Shown one piece after another: positions 28,793-39,015 of a stretch of 64,000 bases of DNA. The stretch's first letter is position 1, and every line of letters starts with the position of its first letter. Source of the DNA: an uncultured Collinsella sp. (GTDB taxonomy: Bacteria; Actinomycetota; Coriobacteriia; Coriobacteriales; Coriobacteriaceae); assembly GCA_965146285.1 (NCBI GenBank), contig CBCTFW010000012.1:72-64071 (forward strand). The letters are read 5' to 3'. The notes under the pieces are model-generated. The model did not search any database, was not told where the DNA came from, and worked only from the letters and a program-made list of their open reading frames with translations. The position numbers were made by a program, and so were the translations under genes.

Positions 28793-30599
28793 AACCCTCA
28801 TGGGCAGCATCCGCGACTATATAAAAGTCACCGTTGCCACGCCGTTGCTCGTGCTTGGCGAGGTGCTCTGCGAGATGCTGATTCCATTTATCACCGCCAA
28901 CCTGATCGACGCCATCAAAGATGGCACCACCGTAGCCGAGATGCTTCCCACCGCGGGCTTTTTGGTGCTCATCGCGCTGACGTCGCTTGCTTTTGGCGCC
29001 GCTGCCGGCGTCACCTGCAGCCATGCGAGTTGCGGCTTCGCTAAGAACCTGCGTCACGACCTGTTCTACAAGATCCAGACGTTCAGCTTTGCCAACATCG
29101 ATGAGTTCTCGAGCTCCTCGCTCGTCACGCGCCTGACCACCGATATCAACAACGTGCAGCAGGCCTTTATGATGATCATCCGTATCGCCGTGCGCGCGCC
29201 GCTGGTATTGATCTTCGCCTTTACCATGGCATTTATCATGGGCGGCAGCGTCGCCATGGTCTACCTGGTCATCATTCCGCTGCTGGGCTTTGGGCTGTTC
29301 TTTATCATCTTTAAGGTGCGTCCCATCTTCTCGCGCGTGTTCCACAAGTACGACGCCCTTAACGAGTCCGTCGAGGAAAACGTCACCGGCATGCGCGTGG
29401 TCAAGAGCTACGTGCGCGAAGACTTTGAGAAGGAGAAGTTCGCGACCGCCGCACGCGACGTCCAGATGGACTTCACCCGCGCCGAGAAGCTGCTTGCCTT
29501 TAACAACCCCATGATGAACATCTGCGTCAACGGCGCGTTTGTCGTCATCATCTACCTGGGCTCCAAGCTCATCATCACGAGCCAGGGCACGCTGTTCGAC
29601 GTGGGCCAGCTCTCCTCGATCTTTACCTATGGCTTCCAAATCCTCATGAGCCTGATGCAGCTATCGATGATCTTTGTCATGGTGACCATGGCCGACGAAT
29701 CGGCGCACCGCATCACCGAGGTGCTAGCCGCCGAGCCCACGATCGCCGATCCCGCCGAGCCCGTGCTCGAGGTTGCCGATGGCTCCATCGACTTTGACCA
29801 CGTGAGCTTTAAGTATTCCGCGCATGCGAAGCGCCAGGCGCTCGACGATATCGACCTGCACATTAAGAGCGGCGAGACCATCGGCATCATCGGCGGCACC
29901 GGCTCGGCCAAGTCCACGCTCGTAAACCTCATCGCCCGCCTGTACGACGCCACCGAAGGCATCGTGCGCGTGGGCGGCGTGGATGTGCGCGACTACGGCT
30001 TGGACGCTCTGCGCCACCAAGTGGCCATGGTGCTGCAGAAAAACGTGCTGTTTAGCGGCACGATTGCCGAGAACCTGCGTTGGGGCGACCCGAACGCCAC
30101 CGACGAGGAGGTCCGCGAGGCGGCACATCTGGCCTGCGCCGACGAGTTTGTCGATGGCTTCCCCAAGGGCTATGACACCTGGATCGAGCAGGGCGGCTCC
30201 AATGTCTCGGGCGGTCAGAAGCAGCGCCTGTGCATTGCGCGTGCCCTGCTGCGTCGCCCCAAGATCTTGATCCTGGACGACTCCACCAGCGCCGTCGACA
30301 CCAAGACCGACGCCAAGATCCGCGCAGGGCTGGCAAGCTATCTGCCCAACACGACCAAGCTCATCATCGCCCAGCGCATTAGCTCCGTGCAGGATGCAGA
30401 CCGCATCATCGTCATGGAGGGCGGCCGTATCGCTCAGATCGGCAGCCATGACGAGCTACTCAAGACGAGCGAGATCTACCGCGAGACCTTCACCTCGCAA
30501 AACAAGATGTCTGCCGAGGGCGAAGAGGCCGTCGAAGCCGACACCGAGGCATCCGCAACACAAGCTCAGACCCAGGAAGGAGGCGAGGCACATGAGTAA
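28785..30599 (+). CDS. ABC exporter ATP-binding/permease subunit 1
   Basis: TMD plus GGTGSAKS, VSGGQKQR, LDDSTSA, AQR (degenerate site of a heterodimer). Confidence 0.95.
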   Translation: MIKTLMGSIRDYIKVTVATPLLVLGEVLCEMLIPFITANLIDAIKDGTTVAEMLPTAGFLVLIALTSLAFGAAAGVTCSHASCGFAKNLRHDLFYKIQTFSFANIDEFSSSSLVTRLTTDINNVQQAFMMIIRIAVRAPLVLIFAFTMAFIMGGSVAMVYLVIIPLLGFGLFFIIFKVRPIFSRVFHKYDALNESVEENVTGMRVVKSYVREDFEKEKFATAARDVQMDFTRAEKLLAFNNPMMNICVNGAFVVIIYLGSKLIITSQGTLFDVGQLSSIFTYGFQILMSLMQLSMIFVMVTMADESAHRITEVLAAEPTIADPAEPVLEVADGSIDFDHVSFKYSAHAKRQALDDIDLHIKSGETIGIIGGTGSAKSTLVNLIARLYDATEGIVRVGGVDVRDYGLDALRHQVAMVLQKNVLFSGTIAENLRWGDPNATDEEVREAAHLACADEFVDGFPKGYDTWIEQGGSNVSGGQKQRLCIARALLRRPKILILDDSTSAVDTKTDAKIRAGLASYLPNTTKLIIAQRISSVQDADRIIVMEGGRIAQIGSHDELLKTSEIYRETFTSQNKMSAEGEEAVEADTEASATQAQTQEGGEAHE

Positions 30600-32511
30600 G
30601 GCAACGACCGCCGAGCGCGCGCTCAACCGCAAGGGTGGCACCATGTCGCGCCTCATCAAGACGCTCTTTGGCTTCTACCCCGTGCTTTTGCCCCTCGTCG
30701 TCGTCGGCGTGGTGCTCTGCGCCATCATCAACTCCATCGGCGCGACCTTCCTTCAGAGCGCCCTGCAGATTATTAGCGAATCGTGGCAGTCGGGCGATTG
30801 GGAAGCTGCACAGCCCAAGATCGCACAGCTCGTGACCACCCTCGCCTGCATCTACGGCGTCGGCATCCTGTCCTCGCTGTTCTGGAACCGCGCCATGGCC
30901 ATCGTCACGCAGGGCTCGCTCGAGAAGCTTCGCGAGAAGATGTTCAACCGCATGCAGGACCTGCCGATCCGCTACTTCGACACGCACCAGCGCGGCGACA
31001 TCATGAGCCACTACACCAACGACATCGACACGCTGCGCCAGATGATCAGCCAGTCGCTGCCCAACCTGCTCATGACGACCATCGTCATCGTCACGGTGTT
31101 CTTTATCATGCTGTACTACAGCGTTTGGATGTGCCTGGTCATTGTGGCAGGCGTCGCCTTTATGACCTTTATGACCAAGCTGCTCGGCTCCAACTCCGCG
31201 CGCTTCTTTATTGCGCAGCAGACCGAGCTCGGCGTTGTCGAGGGCCATATCGAGGAAGTCATGAACGGCCAGAAGGTCGTCAAGGCATTCTGCCACGAGT
31301 CTGCCGCCGAGGCCGATTTTGACGAGCGCAACGAAAAGCTCTTCGAGGTCTCGCAGAAGGCCAACATGTACGCCAACATCCTCATGCCCATCCTTATGAA
31401 CCTGGGAAACCTGCTCTACGTGCTGGTCGCACTGGCAGGCGGCATTTTCCTGGCGCTGGGCGTGCCCAACCTGAGCATCTCGGGCATGGCGCTGTCCATC
31501 GCCGTCGTGGTGCCGTTCCTCAACATGACCAAGCAGTTCTGCGGACAGATCGGCCAGATCTCGCAGCAGATCAACGCCGTGGTCATGGGCCTCGCCGGCG
31601 CCGACCGTATCTTTGAGCTCATCGACGAGGAGCCCGAAGCCGACGAAGGCTATGTGACGCTCGTCAACGCTCAGGTGAACCCCGACACCTGGCAACTCGA
31701 GGAGGCCGACCACCACACCGGCATGTGGGCGTGGAAACATCCGCACCGCGCAACCGGCGAGATCGAGTACGTGCCGCTGCGCGGCGACCTGGTCATGGAC
31801 AACGTCGACTTTGGCTACACGCCCGACCACGAGGTGCTGCACGGCGTGTCCGTGTTTGCCAAGCCGGGCCAGAAGGTCGCGTTTGTCGGCGCCACCGGTG
31901 CCGGTAAGACGACCATCACCAACCTCATCAACCGCTTCTACGACATCGCCGACGGCAAGATCCGCTACGACGGCATCAACGTCAACAAGATCCGCAAGGC
32001 TGATCTGCGCCGCTCGCTGGGCGTCGTGCTGCAGGACGTGAACCTGTTCACCGGCACCGTGATGGACAACATCCGCTACGGCAACCTGGACGCTACCGAC
32101 GAGGAGTGCGTCGCGGCGGCCAAGCTCGCGGGCGCGGACGACTTTATCACCCGCCTGCCCGACGGCTACGACACCATGCTCACCGGCAACGGCGCACAGC
32201 TGTCGCAGGGCCAGCGCCAGCTGATTTCGATCGCACGCGCCGCCGTCGCCGATCCGCCGGCGATGATTCTGGACGAGGCCACGTCGAGCATTGATACCCG
32301 CACCGAGGCCATCGTGCAGGCGGGCATGGACAAGCTCATGGAGGGCCGCACGACGTTTGTCATCGCGCACCGCCTGTCCACCGTGCGCAACTCCGACGCG
32401 ATCATCTGCCTGGACCACGGCCGCATCATTGAGCGCGGCAACCACGACGAGCTGATCGCCAAGCGCGGATATTACTACCAGCTCTACACCGGAGCGTTTG
32501 AGCTGGAGTAG
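30592..32511 (+). CDS. ABC exporter ATP-binding/permease subunit 2
   Basis: TMD plus GATGAGKT, LSQGQRQ, LDEATSS, AHRLST. Confidence 0.95.
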   Translation: MSKATTAERALNRKGGTMSRLIKTLFGFYPVLLPLVVVGVVLCAIINSIGATFLQSALQIISESWQSGDWEAAQPKIAQLVTTLACIYGVGILSSLFWNRAMAIVTQGSLEKLREKMFNRMQDLPIRYFDTHQRGDIMSHYTNDIDTLRQMISQSLPNLLMTTIVIVTVFFIMLYYSVWMCLVIVAGVAFMTFMTKLLGSNSARFFIAQQTELGVVEGHIEEVMNGQKVVKAFCHESAAEADFDERNEKLFEVSQKANMYANILMPILMNLGNLLYVLVALAGGIFLALGVPNLSISGMALSIAVVVPFLNMTKQFCGQIGQISQQINAVVMGLAGADRIFELIDEEPEADEGYVTLVNAQVNPDTWQLEEADHHTGMWAWKHPHRATGEIEYVPLRGDLVMDNVDFGYTPDHEVLHGVSVFAKPGQKVAFVGATGAGKTTITNLINRFYDIADGKIRYDGINVNKIRKADLRRSLGVVLQDVNLFTGTVMDNIRYGNLDATDEECVAAAKLAGADDFITRLPDGYDTMLTGNGAQLSQGQRQLISIARAAVADPPAMILDEATSSIDTRTEAIVQAGMDKLMEGRTTFVIAHRLSTVRNSDAIICLDHGRIIERGNHDELIAKRGYYYQLYTGAFELE

Positions 32512-32635
32512 TTCGGCCCGCCGAGATGGCCGATTTGCCGCTCATTCGTCGGGCATGACCCTAAGGTCAATGCCCTCCTCTTTCGGGGCAAATCGACTCA
32601 TCTCAACGATCCAAACACAATGCGCCGCAACGAAT

Positions 32636-32673
32636 AAAGCCTCCGCAGCCACACGAGCTGCGGAGGCTTTTTT
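32636..32673 (+). terminator. Rho-independent terminator
   Basis: AAAGCCTCCGCAGC-CACACGA-GCTGCGGAGGCTTTTTT. Confidence 0.85.
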
Positions 32674-32683
32674 CATGCCGGCC

Positions 32684-32853
32684 GGAAACCGTATCCCACT
32701 TTTCGGGCCCAAAATGGGATGCCGTTTCCCGCTGGACCCCCTCCGGGAAACGGCATCTCATTTCAAGGGGGTAAACCGGGATGTGATTTCCCCTAACGGC
32801 ACCTTTGGGAAGCCGCATCCCAATCTAGACGCACAAAACGGGATGAGCTTTCC
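32684..32853. repeat. Array of three 62-bp hairpin units
   Basis: GGAAA-N5-TCCCA-N16-TGGGA-N5-TTTCC units starting at 32684, 32746 and 32808. Confidence 0.8.
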
Positions 32854-33044
32854 CATGGTGATCCAAGACCAGAAACATGTTCGATAGCGCGGCCAGGTCA
32901 AGAACAACAAGACAAGCGTTACGCCAATTTGGACGAGCGTCTGCTGCAGTTTGAGGCTGCTGGCCCATATGGTAGAGTTAACCACCCATGAATTTCAGCA
33001 CACTGCGTGCTACCTGTTCTTTTGTCATTTAGGGGAGTGAACTT

Positions 33045-34136
33045 GTGAATACTTCTGTCGCCAAGAAGGCCGGCCAGGCGGTGCGCCTGCTCATGATGGT
33101 GCTCACGGCAGTTCTCATCTTCTTCTTCATCAATGTTATGCTGCTCGTCTCCGATATCCAGGGCACGGCACGCGTGGTCAACTATGCCGGTCTGGTGCGC
33201 GGCACCACGCAGCGAATCGTTAAGCTCGAGGATGCAGGCCAGCCTCAAGATGACCTGCTCAAAGCGGTGGATTCATACATTAACGGTTTACGTTACGGAA
33301 GTGACGACCTCAACCTCGTCCGTCTCGACGACGACGAGTATCAGGCAAAGATGACCGAGCTTGCAAATTATTTTGATGAGCTTTGCGCCGAGATTAGCCG
33401 CGTGCGCGAAGTCGGCTACGAGAGCACCGACATCATCTCCATGAGCGAGGAGTTCTTTGGCATTTGCGACGATGCTACGCGACTCGCAGAGGACTACTCT
33501 CAGGAGAAGGCGTCGGCGCTCAACTATCTCGAGGGCTTGGTGATCATCGACATCGTGGGCTTGGTGGCGACCTTTGCGGTCGAACTTGTTCGCGCGGTGC
33601 GCACTGCCGCGCTCAACCGCGAGCTGCAGAGCAAAGTCTATCTCGACGAAGCCACGGGACTGCCCAACAAGAACAAGTGCGAGGAGATCTTGGGGCAGGA
33701 GCGGCCTGTCTCCGCGGAGGCGCCCGTTGCGGTGTGCGTCTTCGACCTTAACAATCTGCATACGGTCAATAACACCTTTGGCCACGAGAAGGGCGACGAA
33801 TACATCCGTTCTTTTGCCCAGCAGCTGGGGTGCGTGGCGTCCGAGACCTGCTTTGTGGGCCGTGACGGTGGCGATGAGTTTATCGCGGTGCTGCGGGATG
33901 CCGATCGAGCTGCCGTGGAGTCTCGTCTCGCTCGGGTTCGTGCGAACGTGAACGAGTATTCCGAGGCTCACCCCAACATGCCTATCAGCTATGCGGTGGG
34001 CTACGCGCTTTCCAGTGATTTTGATGAACCGCCTACGATGCGTGAGCTCTTTTCTCAGGCCGACAAAAACATGTACATCGACAAGAATCGCGTAAAGACA
34101 GCCGAGGCAGCCGGGCCGCAACGCGAGGACCGCTAA
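33045..34136 (+). CDS. Membrane-bound diguanylate cyclase (NarX/PilJ-like sensor plus GGDEF)
   Basis: Two TM segments around VVNYAGLVRG..QR; DEATGLPN, DLNNL..VNNTFGHEKGD, GGDEF, ADKNMY. Confidence 0.9.
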   Translation: MNTSVAKKAGQAVRLLMMVLTAVLIFFFINVMLLVSDIQGTARVVNYAGLVRGTTQRIVKLEDAGQPQDDLLKAVDSYINGLRYGSDDLNLVRLDDDEYQAKMTELANYFDELCAEISRVREVGYESTDIISMSEEFFGICDDATRLAEDYSQEKASALNYLEGLVIIDIVGLVATFAVELVRAVRTAALNRELQSKVYLDEATGLPNKNKCEEILGQERPVSAEAPVAVCVFDLNNLHTVNNTFGHEKGDEYIRSFAQQLGCVASETCFVGRDGGDEFIAVLRDADRAAVESRLARVRANVNEYSEAHPNMPISYAVGYALSSDFDEPPTMRELFSQADKNMYIDKNRVKTAEAAGPQREDR

Positions 34137-34179
34137 ACCCGTAGCAAAAGGTAGCTAATTTGGGACGGGGCTCTTTTGG

Positions 34180-35058
34180 CTATTTGAGGAGTTGGGCCAT
34201 GGCGTTGACGAATTTTTGGACTTGGAGGGTGGGCTCGAGCGGGTAGTGCAGAAAGACCGGCACCTCTCGCCCGCATAGAAACGGCACGCCCACAAAGGCC
34301 GGGTGTACCCCCGACCATGCGCCGCAGGTGAGCACCGCGTCGCCCTTTTCCTCGGCTTCGTTAAAGAGCGCAAAGTCAAAGCTGTCCACGTCGATCACGT
34401 CTACGCCGCCGTCTGCCAAAAGATCGATACGCAGACTGTCCATAGCGTCGTTGCCGTGACGGAGCACGCGCAGGCGCATGCCCTCCAGGTCAGCAACCGT
34501 GATACGCGTCTTGCGCGCAAGCGGGCTCGTGCGCGGCACGTCGATATAAAACGGCACGTTGACGATGCGGAGCCTTTGGCATGCGTCGCCCCAGCGTGGG
34601 GTCGAAAAGCTCGACTGCACCACATCGACCTCGCGGCCCAAGCTGCGCATGACGGTCTCGCACTCGTCGTAGAGGTCGCTTACCGGCACGATCTCAAATC
34701 GCAGCGACGGTTCCAGATCGTGAATGCCCGACCACATCGACAGCGTTTGGCGCCCCGGGCACATCATCGACACACCCAGACGCACGGCACCGCCCTCGCC
34801 CGCCGCGCGTCGGGCGCGGCGCAGCGCGTCCTCGGACTGCCGCATGATCGAGCGCGCGTCGTCCACCAGCAGTGCGCCGGCCGGCGTCACCTTGACGCCC
34901 GAGTGCGAGCGTTCGAACAGTGTGATGCCGAACTCGGCCTCGAAGCCCGACACCTGCTTGACGAGCGCCGGAGTCGACACGCGCAATTTTGCCGCCGCGC
35001 GCGAGAAGCTTCCCAGCTCCGCGGCGGCCGATATGGCCTCGAGTCGTCGATCGTACAC
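34180..35058 (-). CDS. LysR family transcriptional regulator
   Basis: GSFSRAAAKLRVSTPALVKQV..FERSHSGVKVTPAG; GTG start after CAGGAG. Confidence 0.92.
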   Translation of the reverse strand: MYDRRLEAISAAAELGSFSRAAAKLRVSTPALVKQVSGFEAEFGITLFERSHSGVKVTPAGALLVDDARSIMRQSEDALRRARRAAGEGGAVRLGVSMMCPGRQTLSMWSGIHDLEPSLRFEIVPVSDLYDECETVMRSLGREVDVVQSSFSTPRWGDACQRLRIVNVPFYIDVPRTSPLARKTRITVADLEGMRLRVLRHGNDAMDSLRIDLLADGGVDVIDVDSFDFALFNEAEEKGDAVLTCGAWSGVHPAFVGVPFLCGREVPVFLHYPLEPTLQVQKFVNAMAQLLK

Positions 35059-35291
35059 GTCAATCTCCTGTTTCCAGACGCATGGCAATGAACTGCCGAA
35101 GGGGGTTGTTTTGGCAGGTCACACACTCAATTAAAGGCGCATCGTCTTGCAAGCTATAAACCTACGGTTAACGCCATTCTAACAAATATGCAATTCACCT
35201 GCGCAAATGCAAAGCATACGATAACCAGCGAAAACCACGTGGGTCGGTTAATGGGAGCGACCCACCGGGAGGCACAAGAAGGGAAGTTCCT

Positions 35292-36173
35292 ATGAGCGAT
35301 TGGCTTAAGCTCGAGGGCGATGTCTGCGCCGTGACTGGCGCGCTCGGCGGTATGGGCGCCGAGATCTGCCGCGAGTTCGCCCGCAATGGCGCCAACGTCG
35401 TCATGCTCGACCTGGACGAGGAAAAGGTCAAGGCCGCAGCCGCCGACCTCGCCGCCGAGTTTGGCATCCACGCCGAGGGTTACAAGATGAACGCCACCGA
35501 CGAGGCCGAGGTTCAGGCCGCCGTCGACGCCACCATCGCCGACTTCGGCCACGTCGACGTTCTCGTCAACACCGCCGGCATCCTGCGCTTCGCAGCTATG
35601 GAAGACCTGCCGCTGAGCGACTGGGAGCAGGTGCTCAACGTCAACCTCACCGGCTACTTCATCACCTCGCAGCGCTTTGGTCGCGAGATGATCAAGGCCG
35701 GCCAGGGTCGCCTGGTGCACATCTCGACCGTTGCCAGCCACTCCCCCGAGACGTTCTCGGGCGTGTACAGCTCCACCAAGGCCGGCGTCAACATGATGTC
35801 CAAGATGCTCGCCGCCGAGTGGGGCCCCTACGGCGTGCGCTCCAACTGCGTCGAGCCCTGCTTCGTTAAGACCCCGATGTCGGCCAATTTCTACGCCGAC
35901 CCCAAGGTCGAAAAGAGCCGCAGCCGCCTAATCGCCACGCGCCGCATCGGCGAGGTCAGCGATATCGCCAACGCCGTCATGTTCCTGGCGTCCAGGCGCT
36001 CGGACTTTACCACCGGCGACGCCATCAAGGTCGACGGCGGCTTCTCCAACATGATGGGCGACCTCACCGCCAAGCCCGGCGGCCGTCGCGCCTATGCCGA
36101 CAACTACCTTAAGAGCAAGGGCGTCGAGCTTTGGTCCGACGAGTCCGGCGTCGCTAAGCCGACTGACCAGTAA
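35292..36173 (+). CDS. Short-chain dehydrogenase/reductase
   Basis: TGALGGMG, NTAG, YSSTK catalytic motif, VDGG. Confidence 0.95.
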   Translation: MSDWLKLEGDVCAVTGALGGMGAEICREFARNGANVVMLDLDEEKVKAAAADLAAEFGIHAEGYKMNATDEAEVQAAVDATIADFGHVDVLVNTAGILRFAAMEDLPLSDWEQVLNVNLTGYFITSQRFGREMIKAGQGRLVHISTVASHSPETFSGVYSSTKAGVNMMSKMLAAEWGPYGVRSNCVEPCFVKTPMSANFYADPKVEKSRSRLIATRRIGEVSDIANAVMFLASRRSDFTTGDAIKVDGGFSNMMGDLTAKPGGRRAYADNYLKSKGVELWSDESGVAKPTDQ

Positions 36174-36239
36174 ACCAACCTGACAGGGAGGACCCGCGGA
36201 TACGCCCGCTCCTCCCCCGCATCGATCAGAAAGAGTCCA

Positions 36240-37496
36240 ATGGCTTCCACCAACTCCAACAAGGGTCGCGCCGTCGTGCTTTCCGCCGCGTGCGTCACCA
36301 TGTTCTTCATCAGCTCCATCGCGCTGTATTCCGTCGTGAGCAAGAACCTGCTCGCCGTCTACCCCGAGTGGTCCAGCGCTCTTACCTGGGCCTTCCCGGT
36401 CTTTCAGACCATCATGGCCGTGACGGGCATCTTCGCCGGCCGCATCTCCGATAAGATCGGCCCGCGCAACGTCGTGATCGCCGCCGCCGTGTGCTACGGC
36501 CTGGGCTGGTTCATGTCCGGTACCGTCACCGAGCCGTGGCAGTTCTACCTGTGGTTCTCGCTCGTCGCCGCCATCGGCAACGGCCTGGGCTACAACCCCG
36601 CGCTCACCACCGGCCAAAAGTGGTTCATTGACAAGAAGGGCCTCGCCTCCGGCATCACCCTGGCCGCTTCGACCGCCGGCCCCGCCGTGCTGTCCCCAGT
36701 GCTCGCCTCGCTGCTCATCCCGAGCCTGGGCATCTTTGGCGCCCTTAAGGCGCTCGGCGTCATCTTCTTTGTGACGATTGCCGCCTCCGCCCTGTTCCTG
36801 AAGGCCCCCGAGGCCGGTTGGCTGCCCGAGGGCTTCGAGGCCCCCAAGGGCGGCGCGCATGCCGGCACCTTCGGCGACCTCACCCCGGGCGAGATGGTCA
36901 AGACCCCGCGCTTCTGGGTCCTCATCGTCACCTTCGCCTTTGCCGCCACCGCGGGCACCCTGCTCGTGGGCAAGGTTGCCTCCATCGCCGCCGTCCAGCT
37001 CTTCGCCGATCCCACGAGCGCCGCGGCCGTCGCGCTCGGCGGTGTGGTGGTCTCCGTCAACACCTGCGCCAACCTGGTCGGCCGCCTGTCCTTTGGCCAG
37101 ATCATCGACAAGCTCGGCGCCTATAAGTCGCTGCTCATCAGCCTTGTCGTCACCATCGTCGCACTCGTCATCATGTCGATGAGCTTTACGCAAGCCATGT
37201 TCTTTGTGGCGCTCGCTCTGCTCGGCTTTAGCTTTGGCGCCCTGCTCGTCATCTACCCGCCGCTCACCGGTGGCGCCTTTGGTACCAGCAACATCGGCGT
37301 CAACTACGGCATCATGTTTTTGGGCTATGCCGCTTCCACCTGGATCAGCCAGCCCATCACCGCCGTGCTGTATCACGCCGAGGCCGGCAGCGCCGCCTAC
37401 CAGCAGTCCTTCTACGGCGCCATCGTGATCGCCGCCATCGCCGTCGTGCTCACCGTCTACATGATGGTCTCCGACAGCAAGAAGAAATCCGCCTAG
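36240..37496 (+). CDS. OFA (oxalate:formate antiporter-like) MFS transporter
   Basis: AGRISDKIGPR, KWFIDKKGLASG, GRLSFGQIIDKLG, FGTSNIGVNYG. Confidence 0.9.
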   Translation: MASTNSNKGRAVVLSAACVTMFFISSIALYSVVSKNLLAVYPEWSSALTWAFPVFQTIMAVTGIFAGRISDKIGPRNVVIAAAVCYGLGWFMSGTVTEPWQFYLWFSLVAAIGNGLGYNPALTTGQKWFIDKKGLASGITLAASTAGPAVLSPVLASLLIPSLGIFGALKALGVIFFVTIAASALFLKAPEAGWLPEGFEAPKGGAHAGTFGDLTPGEMVKTPRFWVLIVTFAFAATAGTLLVGKVASIAAVQLFADPTSAAAVALGGVVVSVNTCANLVGRLSFGQIIDKLGAYKSLLISLVVTIVALVIMSMSFTQAMFFVALALLGFSFGALLVIYPPLTGGAFGTSNIGVNYGIMFLGYAASTWISQPITAVLYHAEAGSAAYQQSFYGAIVIAAIAVVLTVYMMVSDSKKKSA

Positions 37497-37505
37497 TTTT
37501 ACCGA

Positions 37506-37534
37506 CGTGACAAAGGGACTGCCCCTTTGTCACA
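37506..37534. repeat. 29-bp REP-like palindrome copy
   Basis: CGTGACAAAGGGACTGCCCCTTTGTCACA. Confidence 0.8.
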
Positions 37535-37565
37535 TTCCACCGGCCACCAGTATTAAGGAGTCGAA

Positions 37566-38606
37566 ATGTCTGAGCTCAATCCCGTCCGCATTGCCGTTAT
37601 CGGCGCCGGCGCCATGGGCCGCAACCACATCCGCTTTGTCACCGAGGAGCCCGAGGCCGAACTCGTCGCCATCGCCGACGCCTTTGAGGGCGCCCGCGCC
37701 ACGGCCGAGGCCGCCGGCGTGCCGTTTTACACCGATCCCGCCCAGATGATGGACGAGGTCAAGCCCGAGGCCGTCATTATCGCCACCCCCAACGACCTGC
37801 ACCTGGGCGTTGCTCGCGAGGCTGTGAAGCGCAATATCGTGCCGTTGGTCGAAAAGCCGATCTCCAACGACCTGGAGGATGCCCAGGCTTTCGCTGCCGA
37901 GGCCGAGACCGCCGGCGTGCCCGTGCTCGTGGGCCAGCACCGTCGCCACAACCCCTTCGTCAACAAGGCCAAGGAGATCATCGAGTCCGGCGAGCTGGGC
38001 AAGCTCACCGTGTCGAGCTTCCACTACATGATCTATAAGAATGACGAGTACTTCGACGTCGAGTGGCGCCGTAAGAAGGGTGCCGGCCCGATCCTGGTCA
38101 ACCTGGTTCACGACGTCGACCTGCTCCGCTACCTGCTGGGCGAGCCCGTTGCCGTCCAGGGTATGCAGTCCAGCGCCGCCCGCGGTTTTGAGACCGAGGA
38201 CTCCGCCGTGGTCAACGTCCGTTTTGCCGATGGCGCGCTCGCAAGCATGACCATCTCCGACGCCACCGCCAGCCCCTGGAACTGGGAGGCAACCGCTCGC
38301 GAGGATCCGCAGTACCGCCCCTTCGACGCCGACGCCTACTTTATCGGCGGCACTAAGGGCGCCCTGTCGCTGCCCCGCCTGCACCAGTTCTCTTACGACG
38401 GCGCCTCCAACTGGCACAAGCCGCTGCAGATGGAGATTCCGGCCGTCGACCCGGCACTGCCGCACAAGATGCAGCTCAAGCACTTTGTGAAGGTTGTCCG
38501 CCGCGAGGTCGAGCCCGTCGTGACCCCCGCCGATAACGTCAAGACGCTCACGCTGCTTAACGCTATCAAGGAGGCCGCCGAGACCGGCCAGCTCGTCGAG
38601 CTGTAA
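37566..38606 (+). CDS. Gfo/Idh/MocA family oxidoreductase
   Basis: IGAGAMG, ATPNDLH, EKP, GPILVNLVHDVD. Confidence 0.93.
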   Translation: MSELNPVRIAVIGAGAMGRNHIRFVTEEPEAELVAIADAFEGARATAEAAGVPFYTDPAQMMDEVKPEAVIIATPNDLHLGVAREAVKRNIVPLVEKPISNDLEDAQAFAAEAETAGVPVLVGQHRRHNPFVNKAKEIIESGELGKLTVSSFHYMIYKNDEYFDVEWRRKKGAGPILVNLVHDVDLLRYLLGEPVAVQGMQSSAARGFETEDSAVVNVRFADGALASMTISDATASPWNWEATAREDPQYRPFDADAYFIGGTKGALSLPRLHQFSYDGASNWHKPLQMEIPAVDPALPHKMQLKHFVKVVRREVEPVVTPADNVKTLTLLNAIKEAAETGQLVEL

Positions 38607-38678
38607 TGCTTTAGGGCGAGCCGCGGCAGACTCCCCGCCGAGCGCCTTGGCCCGCCGCCAACAAGCCCCTCTTCTTTA

Positions 38679-38712
38679 CCCCGCGAGCAGCCTCCTGCCC
38701 GCGGGGCCTTTT
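38679..38712 (+). terminator. Rho-independent terminator
   Basis: CCCCGCGAGCAG-CCTC-CTGCCCGCGGGG followed by CCTTTT. Confidence 0.65.
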
Positions 38713-38772
38713 GCTACCTTGCCGACGATTTTTCAGAAGCGGGGGCTATTTTGCACCTCGGCTTGATCCGTT

Positions 38773-38934
38773 CGCCACGAAACGCGCCTATCTACTACGT
38801 TTAACCGATCGCCCTTAACCATGCCAAATTTCGCGAAATAAAAACCGCAGGTAGACGGCTTGCGTATTCTCGGAAAACCGGGGGATGGTCGACCCATACG
38901 GTTCAAACGTAGTAGATAGGTCGTTTTCGTGGCG
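38773..38934. repeat. ~160-bp inverted-repeat element upstream of tex
   Basis: CGCCACGAAA..CCTATCTACTACGTTT pairs with AAACGTAGTAGATAGG..TTTCGTGGCG. Confidence 0.7.
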
Positions 38935-39015
38935 CGGCCCCAAAACAGTCTTTTGGGACGGGTGGTATCCTTGGTAGCCCTGTGCTGCAAACGCACCTTA
39001 AACGCAAGGAGTCCC

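Noticed and set aside
35292..36173. Bile-acid hydroxysteroid dehydrogenase assignment for the SDR
   Set aside because: Only generic SDR motifs are visible and there is no bile-acid gene context
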